Assembly (NCBI GenBank): GCA_021825655.1
Contig: JAKAGU010000005.1
Location: 12,400-76,399 of the forward strand
Length of the DNA: 64,000 nt
Direction: 5' to 3'
Origin: a bacterium
Lineage (GTDB): Bacteria > Patescibacteriota > Doudnabacteria > UBA920
Part shown: one piece after another, positions 18,018-27,686 of the stretch
Layout: each line of letters begins with the position of its first letter
How positions within the stretch are numbered: position 1 is the stretch's first letter
The notes under the pieces: model-generated
What the model was told of the DNA's origin: nothing
The model's database searches: none
Seen by the model: only the letters and a program-made list of their open reading frames with translations
Program-made: the position numbers and the translations under genes

Positions 18018-21000
18018 ATGCCAGAAGGAGAAAATAGGGTTATTTTATCTTCCGATCTTGAGCCTAAGCCCAGCCGCGAACAACGCCAGGGGCAAGAGGG
18101 GAAAGAACAGCAAAAAGAAAAACTGAAAACGCGGGAATACTTGGACCGGGCGGTTTTGGAATTGAAAAATTTGCTAAAAGATTTGCCCCGAGACTCCAAA
18201 GAAGGCAAGCGCGCAGAGCATACCCTTAGGGCGGTGGAGTGGGCTTTGGGTAATTTGGGGAAAAATGGCGCGGGTGAAGGCAAGTACCGCCTGGAAATGA
18301 AAGACCACGAAGGCAAACCGGCCAAGTGGCCGGAGGGCAGTCCAGCAGTGCAGGACGAAGGCGTGCCCGTGGATGAGTTGATTGATTTGCTGAAAGGCCG
18401 CGCCCAAGAGCTGAATACTGAAGTCAGAAAAAAGGACAGCGTCAAAAAGAAAAAGCAAGCAATGGATGCACTGTGGGAGCGGTATAATTTGGCGCACGAG
18501 GTGGATTTAAAAGACCAGACGCACGATAAGGCCTGGGTGTATAGCCAGTGGGAGCAAGCCAAAAAGGCCTATGAGGCCGCCCAGGAAGCCTATGAATTGG
18601 GGTATGATGCAAAAGGCAAAGAGCTGGACGAACTGGCCGGGGAGCTTTACAAGCGGAGCGAAACTCACTTTCAGGCGCATTTCAGCCATGAGCTGCCTTT
18701 AAGCAAGGAAGAGTCCGACAAGCAGAATGTGCGTACTACCCATGAGGCGTATTTAATTCACCATGACTACCGCAAAACAAAAAACAAAGATCAGGATTAT
18801 CAGGCGGCCATGGATGCCATGGGCAAAAGAAGGGAACTGATTTTGGAAGAAAAGAAAGAGACTGAGATAATCCAGGGGCCGACGGGTCCGACTGAGGGTC
18901 CTGTGCAAGGCCCCACAGAAGGCCCCACAGAATTTATTAAAGGCCCAGAGCGCGTGGCTATTGTTAATGCCGAAGCGCAGGTAGAGCTTTTGGCCCGTAA
19001 GCGCGCCAACGAGAGGCTGACGGAAATGTTCAATGGCGCCGGACGGCTTAAAAAAATGTGGTATCGCGCCTGGGAAGAAGGCTACCGCCAGCAGCTGATT
19101 GACGAAGAGCGCAAGAAAATTTTAGGCGAAGGCAACAAAGCCAACTGGCTAAAGCGCAAACTGTTCGGGGCAAAGGAGTTTGATGCCACGGGCAAGAAAA
19201 ATTTGTTTGCCGGTACGGCTTCGGAAGGCGAAAATAAAACCGAGCTAACGGCTTTGGCTGAGCGGTTTTCCAAAGGCTACATTAAAGAATCGGAAGGCGA
19301 ACAGAAAGAGCAGCTGCAAGACCCCGAATTCAACAGCCAGCTCAATGACTTGGTTTTTAAATATGTGGAAGGCGGACTGTCGGACGAAGAATTTGAGAAG
19401 CAGAAAGATGAGATGATTGCGGCTATCGGTAAAAAATATCCGGAGAGTTTTGCGGCCGGCAAATTGACAGCGGACAATTTTTTGGAGGCGGCGCGGGAGT
19501 TTAAGAAAATCCACGAGCATTCCAAAAAGCTGGCCCGGGTGGATATCAATCTGGGCATAGATTTGGGCAATGCCAAGCAGGCCATCAAAACCCAGGCTAA
19601 CCTAAAATGGACGGACAGGATGATTGCCAAGCTCCAGAAATACCCCGGCATTGGCCATGTGTTTACTCCGGGCAGCGTAGGGTTTGGGGTTTCCGTGGGT
19701 GGCTATTTATTTAAAAAACCTTTGTATTTTGTGGGCGGCGCGGCGGGCGCGGGCGGCATCTTAGGCGGCATGCGGCGCAATTTTGAGCAGAAGCGCGATT
19801 TGGAAATGCACCGCATTGAAGCGGCCATGGGCAATAAGATTGCGGACTATGGACCGGCAGCCAAGCGCCGCCAGGAAATGGAAAAATATGTGCATGAAAT
19901 GAAAAATGCCTCCGAAGTGAGCGCGGAATTGGCCAGTTTGCGCGCGGCTTTCGAAGCCGGGCCCAGCCCTGAAAATGCGGCGGCTTTAACCAAGCTTTTG
20001 GCGGAAACGGAAGCGCGTATGTCGCTTTCCGAAGAACGGCAGCGGGATTTGATTTCTTTTGACGGCGAAACTACGCTGGAGCGCGGCCGGCTGTTTTTGC
20101 TAAAAGAACTCGCCGAGGCCAAAGTAAAGCTGGGTAATAAGGGCTTTGATTCCAATATTGCCGGCAGCCAGGACTATAAAGATTTTATGGCTTCTTTGGG
20201 CGGCAATATGGACAAATTGGAAAAAAGCGAAAAGTACAAGCGCTGGAAAGAAAACACGAAAGCCGCAGCCGTGGGCGCAGTTACCGGATTGGTGGTGGGC
20301 GGCTTGGCCCAGCAGGGGGCAGCGGAAATCGGCGACCGTGTTTCCTGGCTTTCCTGGCTGCGGCCGGGAGGCCGGGCTACGGGCATGGAGCGGCTTTATC
20401 ACTTTGTTAAAGGCGATTTGCCGACCGCGCCTTCGGGTGCGGGTTTGGCTGAAGTGGTGGGGATTGCCGGCGCGCACGGCACTGTTAAGATTGACGGCTC
20501 CACTGAGCTGGTCCAAAATCGGTCAACCGGCTTATGGAATCTGGTGGATAAGGCCGACCATACCAAAATTTTGGCGGAAATGGATATAGATCCCGCATCA
20601 GGACAGCTTACGCCCCGGCCGGGGAGCTTTGACCATAACCTTATTGATTTTTCTTCCCGCACCGCGGGCGGCGGGCACCGGAGCGTGGCCGAATGGATGC
20701 AGGACAGCCGCGCCGGCTTGCCGAAGGGGGCAAATATGGAGCATTTGCATACGGAGATGTTTTACGACAACGACACCCCGGCGCCAAAGTTTGATTTCAA
20801 CGAACTTCGGTTTTACATGCACGCAGATCCTCACGGCAACATTACCATGGATGCGGGCAAGATCCGGGAATACCTGGAAGAGAATTTTTCCCAAGTGTCG
20901 GGTTCCAGGCATGGCGAGCGGGCGTTGGATATTGTCAGTGCCTTTAAAAGCGGGGAGATAAAAATTGCCATCGCACCTGACCCGGACCATCCGGGAGAAA

Positions 21001-22694
21001 TGTTCACTTTCCAGCCAAATGCCGCAACGGGTGAATATGTGCTGCCTGCAGGCAGTGAAGTTGCCAAAATGTTCGGTGTGGACGGCTCGGGCAATGTTAC
21101 CTATAAAGGCAACGGCTTTATGGGCATGATAGAAAACCCCAAAGGCAGTGCCGTTGCCCGCTGGATAAACAGTATCCGTGGCAACGGCGAAGCCATTGAA
21201 ACAGGTCCGGGCCAGCGCGTGATTAATGAGATTACCAGGAAGTATCCGCGCGAATGGTGGATGCCCTGGATTGGCATTTTCAGGCGCAAGGCTCTGGAGC
21301 AAAAGCAGAAAAAAGAATTGGGCGGCGAACAGAAGGGGAAGGGCTCGCCTGGCCAGGAAGGCGAAGGCCACGGCAATGAAAAGCCGATTATTGTGGATAC
21401 GGAAGGCAAAAAAATTGAACCAAAGTTTATCTACTTTGAGGAAGAGGAAGAAACCGAGGAAGCGATAAAGAAAAAGCTGCTGGGTAAAAAGTTTAAACAG
21501 AAGGTGGCTGTGGATACGCGCGGCCAGAAAATTACCAATGACCGCAAAGATTACGGCAAAGACTACCCGCAGAAGTTTCCGTTTAAGGACGAAAAGCAAA
21601 TGGCCGATTATCTGGTCAACGTGCTCAAGGGGACGGGCAAATTTTTTGCCCGGGCAGAAGATTTGGATGCGCTGAAAAAATTGGACCAGGCTGGCAAGGT
21701 GAAGTTTTTGGAGGAGCGGATTAAAAAAGCCCGCACGACCGGCCTGGAGCTGCGCGACGGAGTCATTAAGCCGGAGGCGGCCCAGGAGCTGACCAGTTTC
21801 GTGCTGAACCGGGTCAATGAAGAGTTTGCCAAGTACGGGCAGGCGGGCCGGAGCGAAATGCCGGATGCCAGCAAAGTGCATATTGTCAGCATTTACGAGT
21901 TCCAGGCCCAGGCCGAATTGGGCGGCCGGGACGCTTTGGGCCTGTGTTTTACCCAAAACGGCGAAATTTTCATCAATTATGAGCTAATAAAAGAGGCGGC
22001 GGCCAACAGCGACGAATTTGTCCGTGAATTAAAGCGCACAATTGCCCACGAAGTGGTCCATGGGGGCGCGGCGGCCAACTATTGGGCGTTTGAACAGGAG
22101 GCCGACGGCAGCGACGGGGTGTTTGTGCAGAGGCGCACGGGTTTAAAAATGGTCCGCAGGGAAAACGCTTCCACCGACCTGGTCCGTGAGCGCGGCCGTG
22201 CGCTGAACGAAGCGGTTACTGAAACCCTGGCTAAGGATATTACCGACAGGATATACAAAGACGAAGGCGCCAAACAGGTTACTTACCGCAGCGAGCCGTA
22301 CCAAGATGAACGCAATGTGCTGAAGCTCATGCAGGAAAAATTCCATATTCCGTTTACGGCCTTTGCGGAAGCCGTAGTCAACCGCAAAGCCTTAAAAAAT
22401 TTGGCAGAACTTCTGGACGGCAAGAGCCAGGAAGGTAACAAGGTGGAGCGGCCTCAGTTTATGTCTTTGCTTATGTCGATTATGGATTACGAGCACAACG
22501 AGCATCACTTCGATTACGCCAAGACCAAGCAGCTTATTCAGGGGGCTAAGGGCCTGCAGATAACCCCGGAGATGAAATTGGCTTTCCCGGCATCGCTTTT
22601 GGACCGCGCCGGCAACATCAAAGCCAGTCTGGTTGAGCAGTACGACTTGGTAGACATGGATGCAGTAAGAAAACTCCGTCCCAAAGCCGCCTAA
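18018..22694 (+). CDS. Giant multidomain protein with C-terminal HExxH (gluzincin-like) metallopeptidase domain
   Basis: ~1558-aa ORF; two Gly/Ala-rich hydrophobic segments; AHEVVHG followed by GRALNEAVTE. Confidence 0.8.
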   Translation: MPEGENRVILSSDLEPKPSREQRQGQEGKEQQKEKLKTREYLDRAVLELKNLLKDLPRDSKEGKRAEHTLRAVEWALGNLGKNGAGEGKYRLEMKDHEGKPAKWPEGSPAVQDEGVPVDELIDLLKGRAQELNTEVRKKDSVKKKKQAMDALWERYNLAHEVDLKDQTHDKAWVYSQWEQAKKAYEAAQEAYELGYDAKGKELDELAGELYKRSETHFQAHFSHELPLSKEESDKQNVRTTHEAYLIHHDYRKTKNKDQDYQAAMDAMGKRRELILEEKKETEIIQGPTGPTEGPVQGPTEGPTEFIKGPERVAIVNAEAQVELLARKRANERLTEMFNGAGRLKKMWYRAWEEGYRQQLIDEERKKILGEGNKANWLKRKLFGAKEFDATGKKNLFAGTASEGENKTELTALAERFSKGYIKESEGEQKEQLQDPEFNSQLNDLVFKYVEGGLSDEEFEKQKDEMIAAIGKKYPESFAAGKLTADNFLEAAREFKKIHEHSKKLARVDINLGIDLGNAKQAIKTQANLKWTDRMIAKLQKYPGIGHVFTPGSVGFGVSVGGYLFKKPLYFVGGAAGAGGILGGMRRNFEQKRDLEMHRIEAAMGNKIADYGPAAKRRQEMEKYVHEMKNASEVSAELASLRAAFEAGPSPENAAALTKLLAETEARMSLSEERQRDLISFDGETTLERGRLFLLKELAEAKVKLGNKGFDSNIAGSQDYKDFMASLGGNMDKLEKSEKYKRWKENTKAAAVGAVTGLVVGGLAQQGAAEIGDRVSWLSWLRPGGRATGMERLYHFVKGDLPTAPSGAGLAEVVGIAGAHGTVKIDGSTELVQNRSTGLWNLVDKADHTKILAEMDIDPASGQLTPRPGSFDHNLIDFSSRTAGGGHRSVAEWMQDSRAGLPKGANMEHLHTEMFYDNDTPAPKFDFNELRFYMHADPHGNITMDAGKIREYLEENFSQVSGSRHGERALDIVSAFKSGEIKIAIAPDPDHPGEMFTFQPNAATGEYVLPAGSEVAKMFGVDGSGNVTYKGNGFMGMIENPKGSAVARWINSIRGNGEAIETGPGQRVINEITRKYPREWWMPWIGIFRRKALEQKQKKELGGEQKGKGSPGQEGEGHGNEKPIIVDTEGKKIEPKFIYFEEEEETEEAIKKKLLGKKFKQKVAVDTRGQKITNDRKDYGKDYPQKFPFKDEKQMADYLVNVLKGTGKFFARAEDLDALKKLDQAGKVKFLEERIKKARTTGLELRDGVIKPEAAQELTSFVLNRVNEEFAKYGQAGRSEMPDASKVHIVSIYEFQAQAELGGRDALGLCFTQNGEIFINYELIKEAAANSDEFVRELKRTIAHEVVHGGAAANYWAFEQEADGSDGVFVQRRTGLKMVRRENASTDLVRERGRALNEAVTETLAKDITDRIYKDEGAKQVTYRSEPYQDERNVLKLMQEKFHIPFTAFAEAVVNRKALKNLAELLDGKSQEGNKVERPQFMSLLMSIMDYEHNEHHFDYAKTKQLIQGAKGLQITPEMKLAFPASLLDRAGNIKASLVEQYDLVDMDAVRKLRPKAA

Positions 22695-22713
22695 GCGAGC
22701 TGTGAGTTTAAAT

Positions 22714-22741
22714 AAACCCCGCCCCCGGAGGCGGGGTTTTT
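22714..22741 (+). terminator. Intrinsic terminator
   Basis: AAACCCCGCC/GGCGGGGTTTTT. Confidence 0.75.
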
Positions 22742-22835
22742 GCTTATTTTAAAAGCGTTATGCTATAATTCAGTCAGCTTCTTTGATAAGCGATATTTTT
22801 TTGCAAAAACCGGTTACATAGTTTATAATCTAGCC

Positions 22836-24053
22836 ATGAAAAAAGCTAAATTTATGGAAGTAAAGCCCAAAATTGAAAGTTTTGCGAGGATCAAGGTTTT
22901 AGGCATCGGAGGGTCGGGGACGAATGCGGTTAACCGCATGACCGAGCTGGGAGTAAGGGGGGTGGAGTTCATTGCCATCAACACGGACGCACAGGCGCTG
23001 CATAACAACAAGGCAGACCGCAAGGTCCACATCGGCAAAACCATTACTAAGGGTTTGGGCAGTGGCATGAATCCGGAGCTGGGCAGGCAGGCGGCCGAAG
23101 AAAGCGTGGAAGAGTTGGAAGAGGTGATTGATAATTCTGACATGGTATTTTTGACTTGCGGCTTGGGCGGCGGTACGGGCACGGGCGCAGCGCCGATTGT
23201 GGCTGAGCTTGCCAAAAACAAAGGCATCCTGACCGTAGCTGTAGTTACCAAACCGTTTACATTTGAAGGCAGCAAGCGCAAAGAAGTGGCGGAGATGGGC
23301 TATGACAACCTGAAAGACAAAGTGGATGCCATAATCTCCATCCACAACGACAGGATTTTACAGATTATCGACAAAAAGACTTCCTTGGTGGAAGCTTTCA
23401 AAACAGTGGATGAGGTGTTGCGCCAGGGCATTTCGGGAATTTCGGATTTGATTACTACGCACGGGATTGTGAACGCAGACTTTGCGGACGTAAAAAGCAT
23501 TATGCAGGACGCCGGCACTGCGCTTATGGGCATTGGCCATGCTTCCGGCGAAAACCGGGCGGCTGAAGCTGCCAAGTTGGCCATTAATTCGCCTTTGCTG
23601 GAGCTGACCATTGATGGTGCCAAAGGCGTGCTGTTAAACATCACCGGCGGTTCCTCCTTGGGCATGTTTGAAATCGACGAAGCCGCCAAGGTTATTACCA
23701 AGAGTATTGACCCTGATGCCAAGGTGAAGTTTGGCGCGGTTATTGACGAGGAGATGGGTGAAGAAGTGAGGATTACCGTGATTGCGACGGGTTTTGACGA
23801 GGGCAATAAGCGGCCCACTCCCCTGACCATGTCTTTCGGCGAAGAAACAAAGAAGCCGGTTATGGCGGAACCCCGCCAGCAGCCGGCTCACCAGCCTATG
23901 GAAGTCAGGAAGCCTTTGTTCAACCCCAAACCTATTCAGCCCGTACAGCCGGTCCAGCCCGTACAGCCAATACAGCCCATTGAGAGCAAGCCGGCCCAAA
24001 GCGAAGAAGATGAGTTGGAGATACCTGCTTTCATTAGAAAGAAAATGAAATAA
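22836..24053 (+). CDS. ftsZ: Cell division protein FtsZ
   Basis: GGSGTNAVNRM, GLGGGTGTG tubulin signature, NADFADV, C-terminal EIPAFIRKK; start moved to ATG 22836 (or the in-frame ATG a few codons later). Confidence 0.98.
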   Translation: MKKAKFMEVKPKIESFARIKVLGIGGSGTNAVNRMTELGVRGVEFIAINTDAQALHNNKADRKVHIGKTITKGLGSGMNPELGRQAAEESVEELEEVIDNSDMVFLTCGLGGGTGTGAAPIVAELAKNKGILTVAVVTKPFTFEGSKRKEVAEMGYDNLKDKVDAIISIHNDRILQIIDKKTSLVEAFKTVDEVLRQGISGISDLITTHGIVNADFADVKSIMQDAGTALMGIGHASGENRAAEAAKLAINSPLLELTIDGAKGVLLNITGGSSLGMFEIDEAAKVITKSIDPDAKVKFGAVIDEEMGEEVRITVIATGFDEGNKRPTPLTMSFGEETKKPVMAEPRQQPAHQPMEVRKPLFNPKPIQPVQPVQPVQPIQPIESKPAQSEEDELEIPAFIRKKMK

Positions 24054-24062
24054 AGTCAAAAT

Positions 24063-24092
24063 AAAAAATCCCCCGCTAGCGGGGGATTTTTT
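24063..24092 (+). terminator. Intrinsic terminator after ftsZ
   Basis: AAAAATCCCCCGC-ta-GCGGGGGATTTTT. Confidence 0.75.
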
Positions 24093-24161
24093 ATTGCCCT
24101 TGAAATCGACCGCTGTCTGTGGTAAGCTGGTGAGTCGTCATCCTAAAAGGGGGATTGCTAA

Positions 24162-24671
24162 ATGGGCGGCCGATGGAGAAGCCAAAGGATAAAGTTAAAC
24201 GCACAACAGAAGCGCGAGCAGAGCCTCGCAGAAATTTTGAAAGGAGTAGAAGACCGCAGGGGAAAGAACAGCGCGCTGTATTTTTTACTGAGCGGCAGTA
24301 CGCAGTCCATGGCCGGCTTCAGCGCACAGCAGATCCGCCGGCATACGCGAGACAGCCTGCGGGTCGTTCGCCGTTCAAATTTCCGCGTAGCAGACTCGGA
24401 CATATGGCACGCGCTTGCTTCCAATATCCACGCGCTAGAAGGCCCGGAAGAGGCCCGTGTGCTGGCACAGGAACTCAGCGTTGACCGCCAACTGGTGAAC
24501 TTCGCAGTTCGGGAGACGCTAAGGCGCTGCGAAAATAGCCATAGGCTGACGCCGCAGCTCCTGGAAAAAATAAACGCTTTACGGGCTTACGTTTCGCTGC
24601 CGGCACTGTTGTGGGAGGACAGGCGCATTGCCGAAGCCCGCGCTTACGCAGAGAAAGTGGGAGCTTTGTAA
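24162..24671 (+). CDS. Hypothetical protein
   Basis: 169-aa ORF with purine-rich SD and a downstream hairpin; no recognisable motif. Confidence 0.55.
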   Translation: MGGRWRSQRIKLNAQQKREQSLAEILKGVEDRRGKNSALYFLLSGSTQSMAGFSAQQIRRHTRDSLRVVRRSNFRVADSDIWHALASNIHALEGPEEARVLAQELSVDRQLVNFAVRETLRRCENSHRLTPQLLEKINALRAYVSLPALLWEDRRIAEARAYAEKVGAL

Positions 24672-25005
24672 ACCGAATCCTTACCAACATTGGGGGAGTG
24701 TTGGTAAGGATTTTTGTTGCTTGCAATTTTTTTTTATTTGTGCTATAATACATTTAATAGTGCTAGAACTGCAGAGGAAACAAAAACACAACTGAATAGG
24801 GTTAAAAAGAATTTTTTTCGTGGCATTTCAAAGGTCGTCCCGCATAAAATATCTAGAGGCGGGGAAGTGCCTGGCATTTAGAAACCAAAATTTGTGCTTG
24901 TTGGCTCTGTCAATTGGAGAGCGAATAAGCCCGTCCTGGCTTAGTGTCAGGAAAAACAAAAATCCTTGCCGGACAAAATTTTCGGCAAGCCAAAACAAAA
25001 AATAT

Positions 25006-25437
25006 ATGAATCAAGTTTTAACCCGGGAAACGCCGGGTAAAGTGTTTAGCTTACTGGGTGTGGCGCTTTTTTCGCTCGCATTTCTGTTTACCGTCTCTTC
25101 GACTGACGCCAGTTTTGCGGGAACGAAAGCCCAGGTTTATAATCCGTTTTCCACGGAGAACGTGGTGGCGGTTATTGACCAGGCCGCCGCATCCTACAGC
25201 CAGTTCCTTAGCGCCAACTTTATCCAGCCGTTGATGGCGGATTACAGCGTGTATGGAGAAAATCTCGCCTTTGCTTTTAAGGAAAGCGGGATGGCTTACG
25301 CGTTCGGCGTGGAAGGTTTAATGGATAAGACGCAAGCCGCGCCTGCGGAGGGGCAGGTGGCCGGTGCGCATATCGTCAATCCGGAATACCGGCAAGAGGG
25401 TATGAGCTCGGTCTATTCCATGATTTTAAGCCGATAG
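25006..25437 (+). CDS. Hypothetical membrane-anchored protein
   Basis: N-terminal TM and GQVAGA motif common in CPR surface proteins; start reassigned to ATG 25006. Confidence 0.7.
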   Translation: MNQVLTRETPGKVFSLLGVALFSLAFLFTVSSTDASFAGTKAQVYNPFSTENVVAVIDQAAASYSQFLSANFIQPLMADYSVYGENLAFAFKESGMAYAFGVEGLMDKTQAAPAEGQVAGAHIVNPEYRQEGMSSVYSMILSR

Positions 25438-25594
25438 AAAACAGGAAAGATAAAAATAGATTTTTAAATCCCCGGTTGTGCCCCCGGGGATTTTTGTTTG
25501 CCAAGCCTGTCGGTTTTGAGTATACTGTGAGCACGCAAAAGCTGTGATTCATCACGGCTTTTTTGTACCCAAATTTCCTGAAGGAGGCAGTATA

Positions 25595-26938
25595 GTGCAA
25601 GCACGTTACACCCTTGAACCCATGCAGCGTTTGTGGGGCGACCCGCAAACCAAATTCCAGTTCTGGCTGAAGGTGGAACTCGCCATGCTGAGGGCGAGAC
25701 AGCTTTCCGGCCAGATTACTGAAGACGCTTATAACGCCATCGCGGCCAACGCCAAAATTGACGTGGCCCGCATCGACCAACTCGAAGCCGAGTACCGCCA
25801 CGACATGATTGCTTTTGTCGTAGCTGTGCAGGAGTCCCTGACCGCCGCCGGAGCTGGACAATACAAGGAAGAGCTGCACAAGCTGCTGACTTCCTATGAT
25901 ACCGAAGATCCAGCTATGATTTTGATGCTCCGTCGCGCAGTGGAGCTGGTTCTCACCGAATTGGAGCTGCTTTCCGACGCGCTGTGCGTCAAAGCCTACG
26001 AGCACCGCGAAACGCTGATGATTGCCCGCACGCACGGGCAGTTCGCCGAACCCACTACTTTCGGGCAAGTCCTGCTGGTCCATTACTACGAAATCGATCG
26101 TAGCCTGGGCCGGCTGCGCCACTTGCTTGAAACCGAACTCGCCGAAGGCAAAATGTCCGGAGCTGTCGGTTCCTATGCCGGACTTGATCCGAAGCTGGAA
26201 GCGGCTGCGCTTAAAGAACTGGGCCTCAAGCCGGCCAAGGCCGAAACCCAAATTCTGCAACGCGATCGCCACGCTACGGTTCTGAACACGCTGGCGGTGG
26301 CCGCTGGCAGCATTGAACGCCTGGCCAGGACTTTCTGGGAAATGATGCGTTCAGACACCCAAGAGCTCCAGGAGCCCCGCGGCGCAAAACAGCGCGGCTC
26401 CTCGGCCATGGCCCACAAGCGCAATCCGATTCTCACGGAGCAGCTCATGGGTTTGCCGCGCCTCCTGCGCGGCTATGCCCATGCAGCCATGGAAAACATC
26501 GCTACGCCGGAGGGAAGGGATATTTCCCAGTCCAGCGTGGAACGGCACATCTTCCCCGACGCGACCAGCTTGCTCCATTACATGGCCGCCCGGGCGACTG
26601 CCTTGGTGGCCAGGCTGGTCGTATATCCGGAACGGATGGCTTACAACCTCAACACTGCCTCCCGGGGCGTTTGGGCCAGCCAGCTGGTCCGCACTGCTCT
26701 CATGGAGGCGGGGGTGGACTACAACGCAGCTTACGACTACCTGCAGCAGGCCTCTTTCCGGACCGACCTGACCCTTAAGCAAGCGGTTTCCGAGATGCCG
26801 CTGTCCAGGGTTGACCCGCAAACCGCCCTGTCTGTTCTGGGGCAGGAGAGGCTCGACCAGTGTTTTGACGCCTGGGCCTATGTTCAACCCGGCATCAAAC
26901 ACCTGTTTAGTGGCTGGCTGAAGCCGGAAGTCGCCTAA
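25595..26938 (+). CDS. purB: Adenylosuccinate lyase
   Basis: RHDMIAFV, ARTHGQFAEPTTFG, GSSAMAHKRNP, RDISQSSVER; AAGGAGG SD before GTG 25595. Confidence 0.93.
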   Translation: MQARYTLEPMQRLWGDPQTKFQFWLKVELAMLRARQLSGQITEDAYNAIAANAKIDVARIDQLEAEYRHDMIAFVVAVQESLTAAGAGQYKEELHKLLTSYDTEDPAMILMLRRAVELVLTELELLSDALCVKAYEHRETLMIARTHGQFAEPTTFGQVLLVHYYEIDRSLGRLRHLLETELAEGKMSGAVGSYAGLDPKLEAAALKELGLKPAKAETQILQRDRHATVLNTLAVAAGSIERLARTFWEMMRSDTQELQEPRGAKQRGSSAMAHKRNPILTEQLMGLPRLLRGYAHAAMENIATPEGRDISQSSVERHIFPDATSLLHYMAARATALVARLVVYPERMAYNLNTASRGVWASQLVRTALMEAGVDYNAAYDYLQQASFRTDLTLKQAVSEMPLSRVDPQTALSVLGQERLDQCFDAWAYVQPGIKHLFSGWLKPEVA

Positions 26939-27100
26939 ACCGAAGGCGCGCAGATTTTAGGAGGAAATCTGCGCGCCTTTTCGTTTGACAAAAAAATCCC
27001 GCGCGCGTTAAAAAAGTTAAATTTTTTTATTTTGTGGATATCATATGCCCCCATTCCGTGGTTTGGGCAAAAACCCCAGGTTTTTGGGAATTTTGACCAA

Positions 27101-27149
27101 GCACTATATGTAGTATTATGATAAGTAAGGTAATCACTAGATATAGTAT
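27101..27149 (+). promoter_or_regulatory. Two tandem NrdR boxes overlapping the nrdR-nrdJ promoter
   Basis: GCACTATATGTAGTAT (27101-27116) and TCACTAGATATAGTAT (27134-27149) match acaCwAtATaTwGtgt; TTGACC..TATGAT promoter overlaps box 1. Confidence 0.85.
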
Positions 27150-27164
27150 TATAAGGAAACAAAA

Positions 27165-27611
27165 ATGAGATGCCCGAATTGCCAGGATGAGGACACCAAG
27201 GTCCTAGACAGCCGCCCCGTGGAAGACGGCAGTGCTATCAGGCGGCGGCGGGAATGCGAAAAATGCGGTTTTCGCTTCAGTACTTACGAAGAAATGGAAA
27301 TTTTGGACTTGTATGTTTTAAAGAAGGACGGCCGTAAGGAATTATATAGTAGGGAGAAGCTGGAGAAGGGAATTAGGCGGGCTTTTGAGAAACGGCCCCA
27401 TACCGATGATACTTTGAGAAAACTGGTTTCCGGCACAGAGCAGGAGATTTACAAGAAAGCCAAGGACAGCGTTATTAAGAGCACGGAGATTGGGGAGGCC
27501 TTGATGAAGCGGGTAAAGAAAGTCGATAAAATTGCCTATATCCGTTTTGCCTCCGTTTACCGTTGCTTTGAAGACGTGGACGAGTTCAAGGAAGAGCTAA
27601 AAAAACTTTAA
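27165..27611 (+). CDS. nrdR: Transcriptional repressor NrdR
   Basis: MRCPNC...VLDSR...IRRRRECEKC..RFSTYE, ATP cone, AYIRFASVY. Confidence 0.98.
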   Translation: MRCPNCQDEDTKVLDSRPVEDGSAIRRRRECEKCGFRFSTYEEMEILDLYVLKKDGRKELYSREKLEKGIRRAFEKRPHTDDTLRKLVSGTEQEIYKKAKDSVIKSTEIGEALMKRVKKVDKIAYIRFASVYRCFEDVDEFKEELKKL

Positions 27612-27686
27612 ACATTTTACTTTAAAAAAATTAACTAATCTGTCCGGCTTATTACGAGATTCCAAAAGGAGAGTTGGAACATCAAC

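Noticed and set aside
20598-21956. 452-aa antisense ORF
   Set aside because: Lies wholly within the giant + strand gene and has no motifs.
23931-23981. (QPV/QPI)n microrepeat in ftsZ
   Set aside because: Low-complexity sequence is normal in the disordered FtsZ C-terminal linker.
24770-25000. c-di-AMP (ydaO) or c-di-GMP riboswitch
   Set aside because: Only superficial resemblance; the conserved core motifs could not be placed.
26940-27686. Cobalamin riboswitch before nrdJ
   Set aside because: No B12-box or GGGAA...GCCACTG core seen; NrdR boxes account for regulation.
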